Positions 28,325 through 37,807 of a DNA stretch of 64,000 nt are shown in pieces; the stretch's first letter is position 1, and each line of letters starts with the position of its first letter. The stretch spans positions 57,716-121,715 of the forward strand of contig BGOK01000005.1 in the NCBI GenBank assembly GCA_003569205.1. The letters run 5' to 3'. The stretch comes from Verrucomicrobiota bacterium (GTDB lineage: Bacteria > Verrucomicrobiota > Verrucomicrobiia > Opitutales > UBA953). The notes beneath the pieces were generated by a model. It made no database searches. It was given only the letters and a program-made list of their open reading frames with translations, and was not told the DNA's origin. The position numbers and the translations under genes are program-made.

Positions 28325-28975
28325 CTGTGGCCGAGCCTCGCCCTCGTGGTGGTGGTGGTCTTCTTCGGGTTTCCGGGTCTCGGCGGCGAAAGCGTTGACC
28401 TTTGGTTTCAAGGACTGTTTTGGGACGGTAAGGCTTGGCTAATTCCCCATGAGGCGCGTTGGGGGAAGTGGTTGGCTTACGACGGACCGAAGGCCCTCAT
28501 CATCCTCTTGGCGGTGGTGACTTTGGTCCGTGCATTGGGGGCGACTTTCACGGGGCGGGCTTCAAGGCTTTTTTGGTTCACCTTACTCTGTCTCGCGACG
28601 GTCACGGTGGTGGCGACCCAGCTGCGCGCCATCAGTCAGATGGCTACGCCGCTGGCGCTGAAAATGTATGGTGGTACTTGGGAACACCTCCTGCTTTTTG
28701 AAGCGAAGCCGAGCGGCTACCCTAGTAATGCGTTTCCCGCCGGACATGCCAGCGGGGGCTTTGCTCTTCTCTGTCTTTATTGGTCTCTGCCTAAGGCTCG
28801 TCGGGCATGGGGCCTTTGGCTCGGCCTCGGGTTCGGCCTCTGGATGGGTCTCTACCAAATCGCGCGGGGGGAACACTTCCTTTCGCACACTTTAGCCACG
28901 GCCGCTTTGGCTTGGTGGGTGTGCGTAGGCTTAGTCCTTTGCCTCCGTCCGCAGCCGGACGGTCCGCAGGCTTAG
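28325..28975 (+). CDS. PAP2-family lipid phosphatase (LpxE/LpxF/PgpB-like)
   Basis: FPAGHASGGF and RGEHFLSHTLATA (PAP2 C2/C3 motifs), multi-TM. There is no ATG after the upstream stop. Start is uncertain (CTG 28325 or GTG 28346), or another indel may hide a fusion or the true start. Confidence 0.6.
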   Translation: MWPSLALVVVVVFFGFPGLGGESVDLWFQGLFWDGKAWLIPHEARWGKWLAYDGPKALIILLAVVTLVRALGATFTGRASRLFWFTLLCLATVTVVATQLRAISQMATPLALKMYGGTWEHLLLFEAKPSGYPSNAFPAGHASGGFALLCLYWSLPKARRAWGLWLGLGFGLWMGLYQIARGEHFLSHTLATAALAWWVCVGLVLCLRPQPDGPQA

Positions 28976-29766
28976 TTCGTCCAGCTAGTGATGTTGTCCG
29001 AGCGGAACGGTCCGTCCGCGTTGGACTCGTCGCTGTAGGTAGCGGGGACGATGCCTGACTTCGACATCGGGTTCGCACCAGAGTCATCCCAATAGTCGGC
29101 GTAGCTCGGGGCATCGGCGGGATTGGTCGGTTCAATGTAGTTCGCGCCGCAGCTGACGATGAGGAAGCCAGGGGTTAGCCAGAGGTTGAAGGGCGTGGCG
29201 AAGAGTCCGGTCGTAGGGTTCTGGATTGCCGTCGAGGAGCTGGGGAGGATGCGGTAACGGAAGTCGTACGGATTACCCCAAGGGTCACGAAACTCATAGG
29301 CCGCCGCGGCCCCACCAGTCCAGTCACTGAGGCCGAGGGATTTGTCGTCGTTGGAGTTCACCGCGCCGACGCTGAGAAAGGGCTTCATCTTGCGCGTCGA
29401 GCCACCAGGTAGAGTGGCGTCGTTATAGTTTTTGAGTGCGACGGAAGTGCCGCCGCCGCTGAGGGCCGTACTGACGAGGCGCTTGCGGCCGACCAGCTGG
29501 TCGAAGAGGTCCTTGCGGAACCCAGGATCATCGCCGCCGCTGAGCCCACCGGTGTTGCGGCAAGGATAGTCACCATACATCTTCTTGTACATTTCACTGG
29601 CCGTGGAGAGGGCCGTGATTTCCCCCTTGGCCGTGGCCTTGTTATTACCGTTCTTGGCCGCCTTAAAGAGTGAGAAAGTGAGGGAGGCGAGGATGGCGAT
29701 AATCGCGATCACGAGGAGGAGCTCGATGAGCGTGAAGCCACGGCGGGCGGGGGTGCGGGTCGACAT
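28972..29766 (-). CDS. Prepilin-type N-terminal cleavage/methylation domain protein (GspG-like pseudopilin)
   Basis: RRGFTLIELLLVIAIIAILASL followed by ...EITALSTASEMYKKMYGDYP. The 3' end overlaps the convergent PAP2 gene by 4 nt. Confidence 0.75.
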   Translation of the reverse strand: MSTRTPARRGFTLIELLLVIAIIAILASLTFSLFKAAKNGNNKATAKGEITALSTASEMYKKMYGDYPCRNTGGLSGGDDPGFRKDLFDQLVGRKRLVSTALSGGGTSVALKNYNDATLPGGSTRKMKPFLSVGAVNSNDDKSLGLSDWTGGAAAAYEFRDPWGNPYDFRYRILPSSSTAIQNPTTGLFATPFNLWLTPGFLIVSCGANYIEPTNPADAPSYADYWDDSGANPMSKSGIVPATYSDESNADGPFRSDNITSWTN

Positions 29767-29780
29767 GGGGCGGGGTAAGC

Positions 29781-30194
29781 TTAGATGTGGCGAGAATCGT
29801 TTTCGTCTTTTTGGACATAGCCCGAGTCCTGTCGCTGGTGGTTGACGGCGTTCTTCTTTAGGTAGGCCTGATAGACGTCTTCAGCGGACATACCGAGAAC
29901 CTGGGCAATCGAGATGAGGAAGTGGAAGAGGTCGATGACCTCAACGCGGGCGTTTTGCTCGTCGAACTTCTGGTATTTGGCCCACCACTTCCAAGGCACG
30001 GAGTCAGTCAGCTCGGCCATCTCCTGCTGCATCGCGCGGAGGTAGTTAAGGGTCCACTTCACCTTTTCCTCCTCGGTCATACCGGCGGTTTCGACGCCGA
30101 TGCGCTTGTTCAGCGTTTCCTGCATTTTGAAGATTTCTTCGAGCTTGTCGGCCATGGCATCAATGAAAGGCTCCCCACGCTTCTGGGCAACCAT
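29781..30194 (-). CDS. All-alpha NTP pyrophosphatase, dimeric dUTPase (dUTPase_2/MazG-like) family
   Basis: 137 aa; LNYLRAMQQEMAELTDSVPWKWWAKY...EVIDLFHFLISIAQVLGMSAEDVYQAYLKKNAVNHQRQDSGY resembles dimeric dUTP diphosphatases. Confidence 0.55.
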   Translation of the reverse strand: MVAQKRGEPFIDAMADKLEEIFKMQETLNKRIGVETAGMTEEEKVKWTLNYLRAMQQEMAELTDSVPWKWWAKYQKFDEQNARVEVIDLFHFLISIAQVLGMSAEDVYQAYLKKNAVNHQRQDSGYVQKDENDSRHI

Positions 30195-30281
30195 GTAAGC
30201 AGGGACTGGAGGGCTAAACCCGCCCCGATCGCCCCGCTTTCTCGCTTCCCCTTATGGGCAAGGTGGCTTCATTGTCGGGTC

Positions 30282-32812
30282 GTGCCCGTCGCCTCCCTCC
30301 AGTCCGCCCTTCGAAAGCCCGAAGTCCTCTCGCCTGCGGGGGAATGGGATTGCGCCAAGGCCGCCGTCGAGAACGGGGCCGACGCTATCTTCTTCGGGGT
30401 GGGTCGCTTCAATGCCCGGGTCCGGGCACATAATTTCGAGGAAGCCGACTTGCCCAGCCTCATGGCCTACCTGCATGGCCGTGGGGTCAAAGGGTATGTG
30501 ACGTTCAATACGTTGATTTTCCCCGACGAACTCGCCGAAGCCACCCGGGTACTCCGCACAATCATCGCCTCAGGGGTCGACGCCGCCATCGTTCAGGACG
30601 CTGGTATCTGCCGCCTGATTCGCCGCATCTCGCCGGACTTCCCCATCCACGCCTCAACGCAGATGACGGTCACGAGCGCCGCCGGGGTCGACTACGCCCA
30701 AGAGCTGGGTGCGTCCTTGGCTGTGCTCGGGCGCGAGGTGTCCATTCCAGAGATTGAGAAGCTCCAGGCCGAACAGGGTACAAAAAAAGTACCGCTCGAC
30801 CTCGAGGTCTTTGTCCACGGCGCCCTCTGCGTCGCCTATTCTGGGCAGTGCCTGACCAGTGAGTCGCTCGGTGGTCGCTCGGCCAATCGTGGTGAGTGCG
30901 CCCAAGCTTGCCGCTTGCCCTACGAGCTGGTCGTCGACGGGGTCGCCCGCGATCTCGGGGATAAGGCCTACCTGCTCTCGCCTCAGGACTTGGCGAGTAT
31001 CGAGGTGGTACCCGACTTAATTCGCGCCGGGGTGAAGTCGTTGAAGATTGAGGGCCGCCTGAAGTCTCCCGAATACGTCGCCGCCATCACCAAGGCTTAC
31101 CGCCGGGCCGTGGATGCGGCTTGGGATGCATTTCAAAAAAACGGTAATCCCGATCAAGCCGCCCAGCAGGTGCGGCGTGAAGAGGATTATGCGATGCAGA
31201 TGACTTTCTCCCGTGGCCTCCACACGGGTTGGCTGCGCGGTATCGATAACCAGCGCCTAGTGCATGCCCGCTTCGGCAAGAAGCGCGGGACGTTACTCGG
31301 CACGGTTGTCGACATCGCTAGCAATGGCGTGACGATGCGCCTCGAAGGGCCGCTGAAGCCAGGCGACGGCGTGGTCTTTGACCAAGGTAAGCCGGCCGAA
31401 CGCGAGCAGGGCGGTTTCGTCCATGGCCTCGAGCCCGCTCGTGGCGGCCTCACGTTCGTCCGCTTCGGTCGAACCGACGTGGATTGGTCGCTGGTCGTCC
31501 CAGGCGCGTTGCTCTGGAAGACGAAAGACCAAGAGCTCGATAAGCGCCTACACGAATCTTGGGACCGTGAGCGGCCAAATTATCGCCGTGCGATTTCGGT
31601 CAAGGTCATCGGCCGTCTAGGTCAGCCTTTACGCGTTGAATTTAACGATGGGAAGGGCACGTCGTTGCCGCCGATTCCGCGATGCCCTGCGCCCTGGCAG
31701 AGAAGCGTCCGATGGATGTCGACACCCTCCGTGATCAGCTCGGCCGTCTGGGCGATACAGGTTACGAAGTCGGCGACGTCCAGGCGGACCTCGAAGGCGC
31801 TCTCATTGTCCCAGTCAGCGAACTCAATCGTCTCCGCCGCGAACTCTCCGAGCGACTCACGGAGCTCCGGCAGGTGCCGCCCGCTTGGACGTTGCTGCCG
31901 CAGGATTCCGCCGCTTGGCAGGTGCCCGTTGAAGTCGTGCCGGCAACTTTGCCGAAGCCAGAAATCATCACCGTCATCCGTGAGCCCGAGCAGCTTGAGC
32001 CCGCGTTGGCGTGGGGTGCTCGCGTCATCTACGCTGAATTCGAAGACCCCAAGAAGTTCCGGGCCGCCGTCGCCCGTGTCCGCGCCTACGAGCAAGAAGC
32101 GGGCCGTAAGGTCGAGTTCTGGGCCATGGGCCCGCGCGTCCATAAACAGGGCGAGGATCGCATCACCGAGATCGTCCTTTCGTGCGAAGCCGATGGCTAC
32201 CTCGTCCGTAACCACGACGACCTTCGTGCCTTCGCCGGGAAGCGCCGCCGGGCCGACTTCTCACTCAACATCGCCAATGGCCTCACCGCCGAGTGGCTCG
32301 TCAAGCATCACGGGCTCGAAGGCGTCACCGCCTCGTATGACCTCGATTCCGCCCAGCTGGCAGCGTTGCTGAAGTCCGCCCCGCCGGCGTGGTTTGAGGT
32401 CACCCTTCACCAGCACATGCCGATGTTCCATATGGAGCACTGCGTATTCTGTGCCTTCCTTTCAAAAGGTAAGGATTACCGCGATTGCGGCCGCCCGTGC
32501 GATAAGCACCGCGTCAAGCTCCGCGACCGCGTCGGGGCCGAACACATCCTGAAGGCCGATGCCGGTTGCCGAAATACTTTATACAACTCGCGCGCCCAGA
32601 CTGGCGCCGAATACGCGACCGAGTTGCTGGCCTTGGGCGTGCGTCGTTTCCGCATCGAATTTGTCGACGAAGATGCCGCCACGGTCACGCGCACCTTGGA
32701 GCGCTATCAAGCGCTCCTGGATGGCAAGATTACCGGCACCGAGCTCTGGAACGACCTCAAGGTCCTCAACCAACTCGGTGTCACCCGTGGAACGTTGCGC
32801 GTGCGCGTCTGA
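30282..32812 (+). pseudogene. Long-form U32-family protein (collagenase-like peptidase / radical-type RNA or quinone hydroxylase family), one frameshift
   Basis: KPEVLSPAGEWDCAKAAVENGADAIFFGVGRFNARVRAHNF, VTFNTLIF and SLKIEGRLKSPEYVA. The C-terminal half continues in ORF 31682-32812. The frames join if one G is added at the G-run 31655-31657 (..NDGKG|HVVAADSAMPCA..). GTG start at 30282 is tentative. Confidence 0.75.
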
Positions 32813-35017
32813 TCAGGCCTCGTCTTTCAGACGGGGCAGCAGTCCGGTGATACGACGAGAGTCGGATGCGTTCCGCACGGCCATCGCGTAGGCGGTGGGA
32901 TCGCCGACGAGGATGACCTGCTTACGGCCGCGCGTTACTGCCGTATAGACGAGGTTACGGGCGAGCATGATGCTGTGCTGCCGGAGCAGGGGCACCACCA
33001 CGGCAGGGAATTCAGACCCTTGCGACTTATGGATACTCACCGCGTAGGCTAAGTGTAAGTCGCCTTGTTCGCCCCGCTCTAATTCCACGCGGGTCCCGTC
33101 GAAGTCGATGAGTAGGTCGCCGCTTTCGGCCTGCACGTCGAGGACCACGCCGAAGTCCCCATTGAAGACGAGCTTGTCGTAGTTATTGCGCGTTTGAATG
33201 ACTTTATCGCCGATGGTGATACGTCCTGGGCGCGCCCCGGCCCCGCGGAGTTTCTCCTGGAGGGCCGTATTGAAGGCCTGAATGCCGCCTGAACCTTTGT
33301 GCATCGGGGCGAGTACTTGGATGTCGCGCAATGGGTCGAACCGGAGCGCCTTCGGCAGGATCTCACAGCAGAGCCGCGTAACCATGCGCACGCAGGCCTC
33401 AGGGTCATCCGCCCGGACGAAGTGGATGTCCTGCGTGAAATCGAGTTTCGTCGGGTCCTCCACGAGCGTTGGAGGGGTCGTGTCCCCGTGCAGAATGCCG
33501 TGGGCGACGGTGACAATCCCTGAGCGGGCGCCTTGGCGGAAGACCGTGTCGAGGCGCGTGACCTCGGCGGCGCCGGATTCAATAAGGTCGCCGAGGACGT
33601 TACCAGCGCCGACGGATGGGAGCTGATTGACGTCACCCACGAGTAAGAGGTGGGCCGTGCCGGGGATGGCGCGGAGTAAGGCCGCCGCGAGCTTAGTATC
33701 CAGCATGCTCGACTCGTCGATGATGACGAAGTCCGCGGATAATGGGTTCTCGGCGTTGGCCGTGAAGCCGCCGGCGGCCGGGTCGAACTTCAGCAAGCGG
33801 TGGATGGTCGAGGCCTGGACGCGCGTCGCCTCCTGCATGCGCTTGGCGGCCCGGCCGGTGGGGGCGCCGAGTAGCACGCGGACGCGCTTGGCGACGAGGA
33901 TGTCGCAGAGTGCCTTGAGAATAGTCGTCTTACCCGTACCCGGACCACCGGTGAGCACGCCCACTTTACTGCGTAGGGCCATCATCACGGCAACAGACTG
34001 TGCTTCCGAGAAGGCGAAGCCGGCGCGTTCCTGTGCCCAAGCCACGGCCTTCTCGGCTTGGATAGCTGGTAGGCTGCTGGGGGTGGCCCGCAGACGCCGA
34101 ATAGAAGTGGCGATGGAGCGCTCGGCGTTTTCTTGCGGTCGGAGCTGCAACAGACGAACGCCTTTCGCGTCGAGCACGCCGACGGCGTTTTCCTTCATCA
34201 GGACCTTCATGCGGTCCTGGACGATGGCGCGGTCGACTTCGAGGAGTTCGGTCGACTTCTCGAGTAAGCCTTCTTCCGGGTAGGCACTATGACCTTCGCC
34301 CTCGAGTTCCTCGAGGCTGTGCAAAATGCCGGCGTCAACCCGCTGCGGGCCCGCCGTTGGTAGGCCGAGGTTTCGCGCAATCTTGTCGGCGGTCTTGAAG
34401 CCGACCCCTTCGACCTCCCGGCAAACACGGTACGGCTCGGTGATGAGCACCTTCTTCGCGTCTTGGCCATAGGCCTTTACGATGCGCAGGCAGAGCGCAT
34501 TGGTGACGCCGTAAGTCTGGAGAAAGACCATGACCTCGCGGAGGGCCTTCTGGTCTTCCCAAGCGGCCTTGATGGATTTAGCTCGTCCGGGTCCAATGCC
34601 GTCCACCTCGCGCAGGCGGGCTGATTGGTTGGAGATGATGTCGAACGTGCGCACCCCGAATTTAGCGACAATTTTATCGGCGTAGGTTTTGCCGATGCCC
34701 TTGATGAGGCCGCTCCCGAGGTATTTACGAATCCCGTGCACGGAGGACGGCAGGCGGGAGGTGAAGCTCTTGACGCGTAATTGTGGGCCGTGCTGCGGAT
34801 GGCGTTCCCAGAAACCTACGAGGTCGACAGTCTCGCCGCATTGCAGGCCCGTCATATTACCGAGCACGATGGTCTTTTCGCCAGCCTCGGGGCAGAGCTC
34901 TGCGATGGTGAAGTGGGTTTCCTCATCCAGCCACAAGATACGTTCCACCACGCCCGAAAGCTTAATTTCGGGCCCGCGGGGATCTTCGCGCGGAGGTGAC
35001 ATGCGTGGCGGCATCAT
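32813..35017 (-). CDS. recD2: RecD-like SF1B DNA helicase (RecD2)
   Basis: HhH-like N-terminal region, Walker A LTGGPGTGKTT, IIDESSMLD, LLLVGDVNQLPSVGAGNV, and a C-terminal YAVSIHKSQGSEF...LVYTAVTRGRK. Confidence 0.85.
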   Translation of the reverse strand: MMPPRMSPPREDPRGPEIKLSGVVERILWLDEETHFTIAELCPEAGEKTIVLGNMTGLQCGETVDLVGFWERHPQHGPQLRVKSFTSRLPSSVHGIRKYLGSGLIKGIGKTYADKIVAKFGVRTFDIISNQSARLREVDGIGPGRAKSIKAAWEDQKALREVMVFLQTYGVTNALCLRIVKAYGQDAKKVLITEPYRVCREVEGVGFKTADKIARNLGLPTAGPQRVDAGILHSLEELEGEGHSAYPEEGLLEKSTELLEVDRAIVQDRMKVLMKENAVGVLDAKGVRLLQLRPQENAERSIATSIRRLRATPSSLPAIQAEKAVAWAQERAGFAFSEAQSVAVMMALRSKVGVLTGGPGTGKTTILKALCDILVAKRVRVLLGAPTGRAAKRMQEATRVQASTIHRLLKFDPAAGGFTANAENPLSADFVIIDESSMLDTKLAAALLRAIPGTAHLLLVGDVNQLPSVGAGNVLGDLIESGAAEVTRLDTVFRQGARSGIVTVAHGILHGDTTPPTLVEDPTKLDFTQDIHFVRADDPEACVRMVTRLCCEILPKALRFDPLRDIQVLAPMHKGSGGIQAFNTALQEKLRGAGARPGRITIGDKVIQTRNNYDKLVFNGDFGVVLDVQAESGDLLIDFDGTRVELERGEQGDLHLAYAVSIHKSQGSEFPAVVVPLLRQHSIMLARNLVYTAVTRGRKQVILVGDPTAYAMAVRNASDSRRITGLLPRLKDEA

Positions 35018-35045
35018 TCCGCCCGTACTCGGCCGAAGCAATCCC

Positions 35046-35702
35046 TTACAGACCGAAGATATCCCTCTGCAGTTCGGCGAGCCCGGCGTGGACTGAGTCG
35101 GGCTGGTAGGGTGCGAGCTCGGCGGCGTTGTGGGTTCCGGTGGTCACGCAGTGAATCGCCGCGAGCTGTCCGTTGCGGGCGGTCTCGATATCGAACGGTG
35201 AGTCGCCGACCATGACGGTGCGGCGCGGGTCCGTCTTCAGCGTGCTGACGACGAAGTGGCTGAACTCCTTCTGCGGTTTGCGCCAAGGGTGGACGTTCGT
35301 CCCAAAGATGCCGTCAAAGAGGTGAGCTAGCCCGAGGTGGGCGATGATCTTCTTCGAGTTCTCGTCGTCCTTGTTAGTGTAGACGGCCGTCCGGACGCTG
35401 CGGGCCCGCAAGGCTTTGAGGATTTCTTCGCAGCCGGGGTAGACACGGAGGCCATGGAACATCACGGAAGGGAAGTGTTCGCGGAAGAGGCGGGTGGCGG
35501 TGGGGCCGTTGGCTTCGCCGGCGAGTTTGACGACGGTGACGTTGACCGAGCCGCCAACGGCACGACGGATTTCCTCGAGGGTGACGCTGGGGAGTCCCAT
35601 CATGGACATGACATCGTCGTAGCACCGGTGGATAGCCTCGAAGTTGTCGACGAGGGTACCGTCGAGGTCGAAAAGGACGGTTTCGGGAAGGTCGGAGGCC
35701 AT
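35046..35702 (-). CDS. HAD-superfamily hydrolase (phosphoglycolate phosphatase-like)
   Basis: FDLDGTLVDN (motif I), YTNK, and GDSPFDIETARNG (motif III/IV). Confidence 0.75.
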   Translation of the reverse strand: MASDLPETVLFDLDGTLVDNFEAIHRCYDDVMSMMGLPSVTLEEIRRAVGGSVNVTVVKLAGEANGPTATRLFREHFPSVMFHGLRVYPGCEEILKALRARSVRTAVYTNKDDENSKKIIAHLGLAHLFDGIFGTNVHPWRKPQKEFSHFVVSTLKTDPRRTVMVGDSPFDIETARNGQLAAIHCVTTGTHNAAELAPYQPDSVHAGLAELQRDIFGL

Positions 35703-35791
35703 GCTGCCGCCTAATCAGGAGGCACTGGGGTGAGATTCCAAGTTTGGATTTGCACGCTTGGCCTGCTCCCCTAGGTTGCCGCTTCCTTCCT

Positions 35792-36394
35792 ATGACCTTC
35801 TCGCTGGACCTTACTAAGCCCCTGAGCCGCGTCGGCTTCCTGGTGAACCTTGTATTCCTTTCCGTCGTCTTCTCTGGCCTATCTTGGCTGAGCTTCGGTT
35901 ACATGACCCACACCCTGCCACAGGGGGCTATCCAGGCGGAAGAGCAGGCCATCGCCCAAAAGGCGCAGGACCAGGCTTTCACCAAGGCCAAGGCCGCCGC
36001 CAAGGGTAAGGTTTTCGACGAAAAGTCCGCCTTGGCTGAAGCCAAACAGGTCGGCTTGGCGGCCGCTGCCAAGGATCACGAAAAAACCAAGCACCACGCC
36101 GAAGCCCTTTGGGCGCCCTTCGCGATTTTCCTCCTAATCATTTCGGCCATCTTCTTCGCCGGCTTCCTGTCCATCGCCCTGCAGCGTCGTGCCAATGAAG
36201 CTGCTAAGAACGGCCTGCTCGTCTTCATCGCCCATTTGGGTGCTTGGGCGCTAGCCACCTTTATCGCTTTCGAGCCTTTCCTTTCGCACCACGGCCTCAC
36301 CAGGGCTTGGTCCGTCGCTGGCTTCGCCGGTCTCGCCCTCATCCTGCCGATCGCCATCGCGGGCGTAGGGCAGGCCGATGACCACGGCCACTGA
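35792..36394 (+). CDS. Hypothetical membrane protein with a charged helical loop
   Basis: ATG at 35792 (MTFSLDLTKPLSRVGFLVNLVFL...), about 4 TM, His-rich C-terminus (DDHGH). Confidence 0.35.
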   Translation: MTFSLDLTKPLSRVGFLVNLVFLSVVFSGLSWLSFGYMTHTLPQGAIQAEEQAIAQKAQDQAFTKAKAAAKGKVFDEKSALAEAKQVGLAAAAKDHEKTKHHAEALWAPFAIFLLIISAIFFAGFLSIALQRRANEAAKNGLLVFIAHLGAWALATFIAFEPFLSHHGLTRAWSVAGFAGLALILPIAIAGVGQADDHGH

Positions 36395-36405
36395 GACGCG
36401 TCGGC

Positions 36406-37173
36406 TTAGATTTGGCCGACTTGGCTGAAGTCGAATAACGTGTGGCTAATCAGACCTCGCTCTAAAACGGCGAGGTCGCTGTTTTCTTCGGGTTCGATGG
36501 CCTGACCATCATTCCAAGCAAAGCGGTAGCCCAGCGCCGAAGGCTGGAAGAGTGAGCCATGGCGGAGGAGGGCAGGGCTGGCGCGTTCCATGGGAGTCGT
36601 GTCCGTCACGCCGGCTGGGTAGTTCAGGCTGTGGACTTCGAGGCCACGGTGGGGCTGCCCGACCAAAGCCCTAGCGAAGCGCGCGGCATGCCGGCAGGCG
36701 GTTTCAAGGTGCGGGCGGAGTTCCGGTGGGCATTCGGACGAGGCGCGGTGGACGCGTTCAAAAATCGATTGCTCGAGGTCGAGCGAGCAGGCCACCGCGG
36801 GGATGCCCCACGCCGTGCCTTCGGTCGCGCCCGCGAGGGTGCCGGAACTGAGGCAGAGTGGCATCGTGGCGTTAAAGCCAATGTTCAGGCCTGAAAGGAC
36901 CACGTCTGGCTTCTGTTTGAGGAGGTGGCTGAGGGCGATGTTCACGCAGTCCGAGGGGGTGCCGTCGATCGACCAAGCCTCGTCGCCGAGGCTGGGGTAG
37001 CCCGCCACGGTGACCTCGCGGTGCCGGCTGAAGGCCCGGCCAATCCAGCTGCGCTCGCCAGAGGGGGCGGCCACTTTGACTGCAAAGCCTTCGGCTTGGC
37101 AGGCGGCCACCAGTGCATGGAGGAAGGCCGTGCCAATCCCGTCGTCGTTCGTAAGTAAAACCGTGGGCTTCAT
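36406..37173 (-). CDS. surE: 5'/3'-nucleotidase SurE
   Basis: MKPTVLLTNDDGI...SGLNIGFN...GTLAGATEG. Confidence 0.85.
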   Translation of the reverse strand: MKPTVLLTNDDGIGTAFLHALVAACQAEGFAVKVAAPSGERSWIGRAFSRHREVTVAGYPSLGDEAWSIDGTPSDCVNIALSHLLKQKPDVVLSGLNIGFNATMPLCLSSGTLAGATEGTAWGIPAVACSLDLEQSIFERVHRASSECPPELRPHLETACRHAARFARALVGQPHRGLEVHSLNYPAGVTDTTPMERASPALLRHGSLFQPSALGYRFAWNDGQAIEPEENSDLAVLERGLISHTLFDFSQVGQI

Positions 37174-37218
37174 GTCGCGTCACAGTGGTACTTTCCGCCG
37201 AACGGGCAACGCGGAAGG

Positions 37219-37749
37219 TTAGGGCTGCTTGGAGGAGTTGCCCGCTTCGAGGGCGACAATCTGGTCGCGGAGTGCCGCGGCCGACTCAAAATCTTCTTCT
37301 TTAACCGCTTCCGCTAGCAACGCTTGGCAGGCCGCCAGTTTGGCTTGGCGGTCGGCCGTCAAAGCCTGTGGTCGGCGGCCTTGGTGGGCCATGCCAGGCT
37401 GGAGACGGGCAATGGTCGCCAAAACCTGCTCCGTGTGAGCTTGATAGCAGGTGGGGCAACCGATGCGGTGGGTGCGCTCGAAGTCCTGCCAGCGGAAACC
37501 GCAAGACGGGCACCGGCCCCGTCCGGTCGGACTAGGGACGCTCAGCTTGTAACCTAGTTCCACGGACGGGAGTAGGCCGCCGGCGACCGGGGCGGTCACG
37601 ACCGGGCACGCTTGGCAACAGCCGAACGACTCCGCCTTCCCCCCGGAGACGAGGGTGAAGTAGGTCGAACAGGGCTGGGTGCAGCCTTGGCACTGGGACG
37701 GGCGTTGATCCATCAAGGAATAGGCTGACCGTTCACGGGCATATTTCAA
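37219..37749 (-). CDS. UVR-domain, double zinc-ribbon protein (McsA-like)
   Basis: CQGCTQPC, CCQAC and CPSCGFRWQDFERTHRIGCPTCY, then a C-terminal UvrB/UvrC motif EDFESAAALRDQIVALE. No mcsB-like kinase gene is adjacent. Confidence 0.55.
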   Translation of the reverse strand: MKYARERSAYSLMDQRPSQCQGCTQPCSTYFTLVSGGKAESFGCCQACPVVTAPVAGGLLPSVELGYKLSVPSPTGRGRCPSCGFRWQDFERTHRIGCPTCYQAHTEQVLATIARLQPGMAHQGRRPQALTADRQAKLAACQALLAEAVKEEDFESAAALRDQIVALEAGNSSKQP

Positions 37750-37807
37750 GCGTGGGCCGAAACCTTTTCAGGTTGAAGCCCTGCTCCCGCTGGATTGCCT
37801 AGGGGTA

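Noticed and set aside
29922-30281. The 5' 360 nt of the 816-aa ORF as part of the U32 protein.
   Set aside because: This stretch is antisense to the well-supported dUTPase-like gene and lacks U32 similarity. The U32 homology begins at KPEVLSPAG, just after the GTG at 30282.
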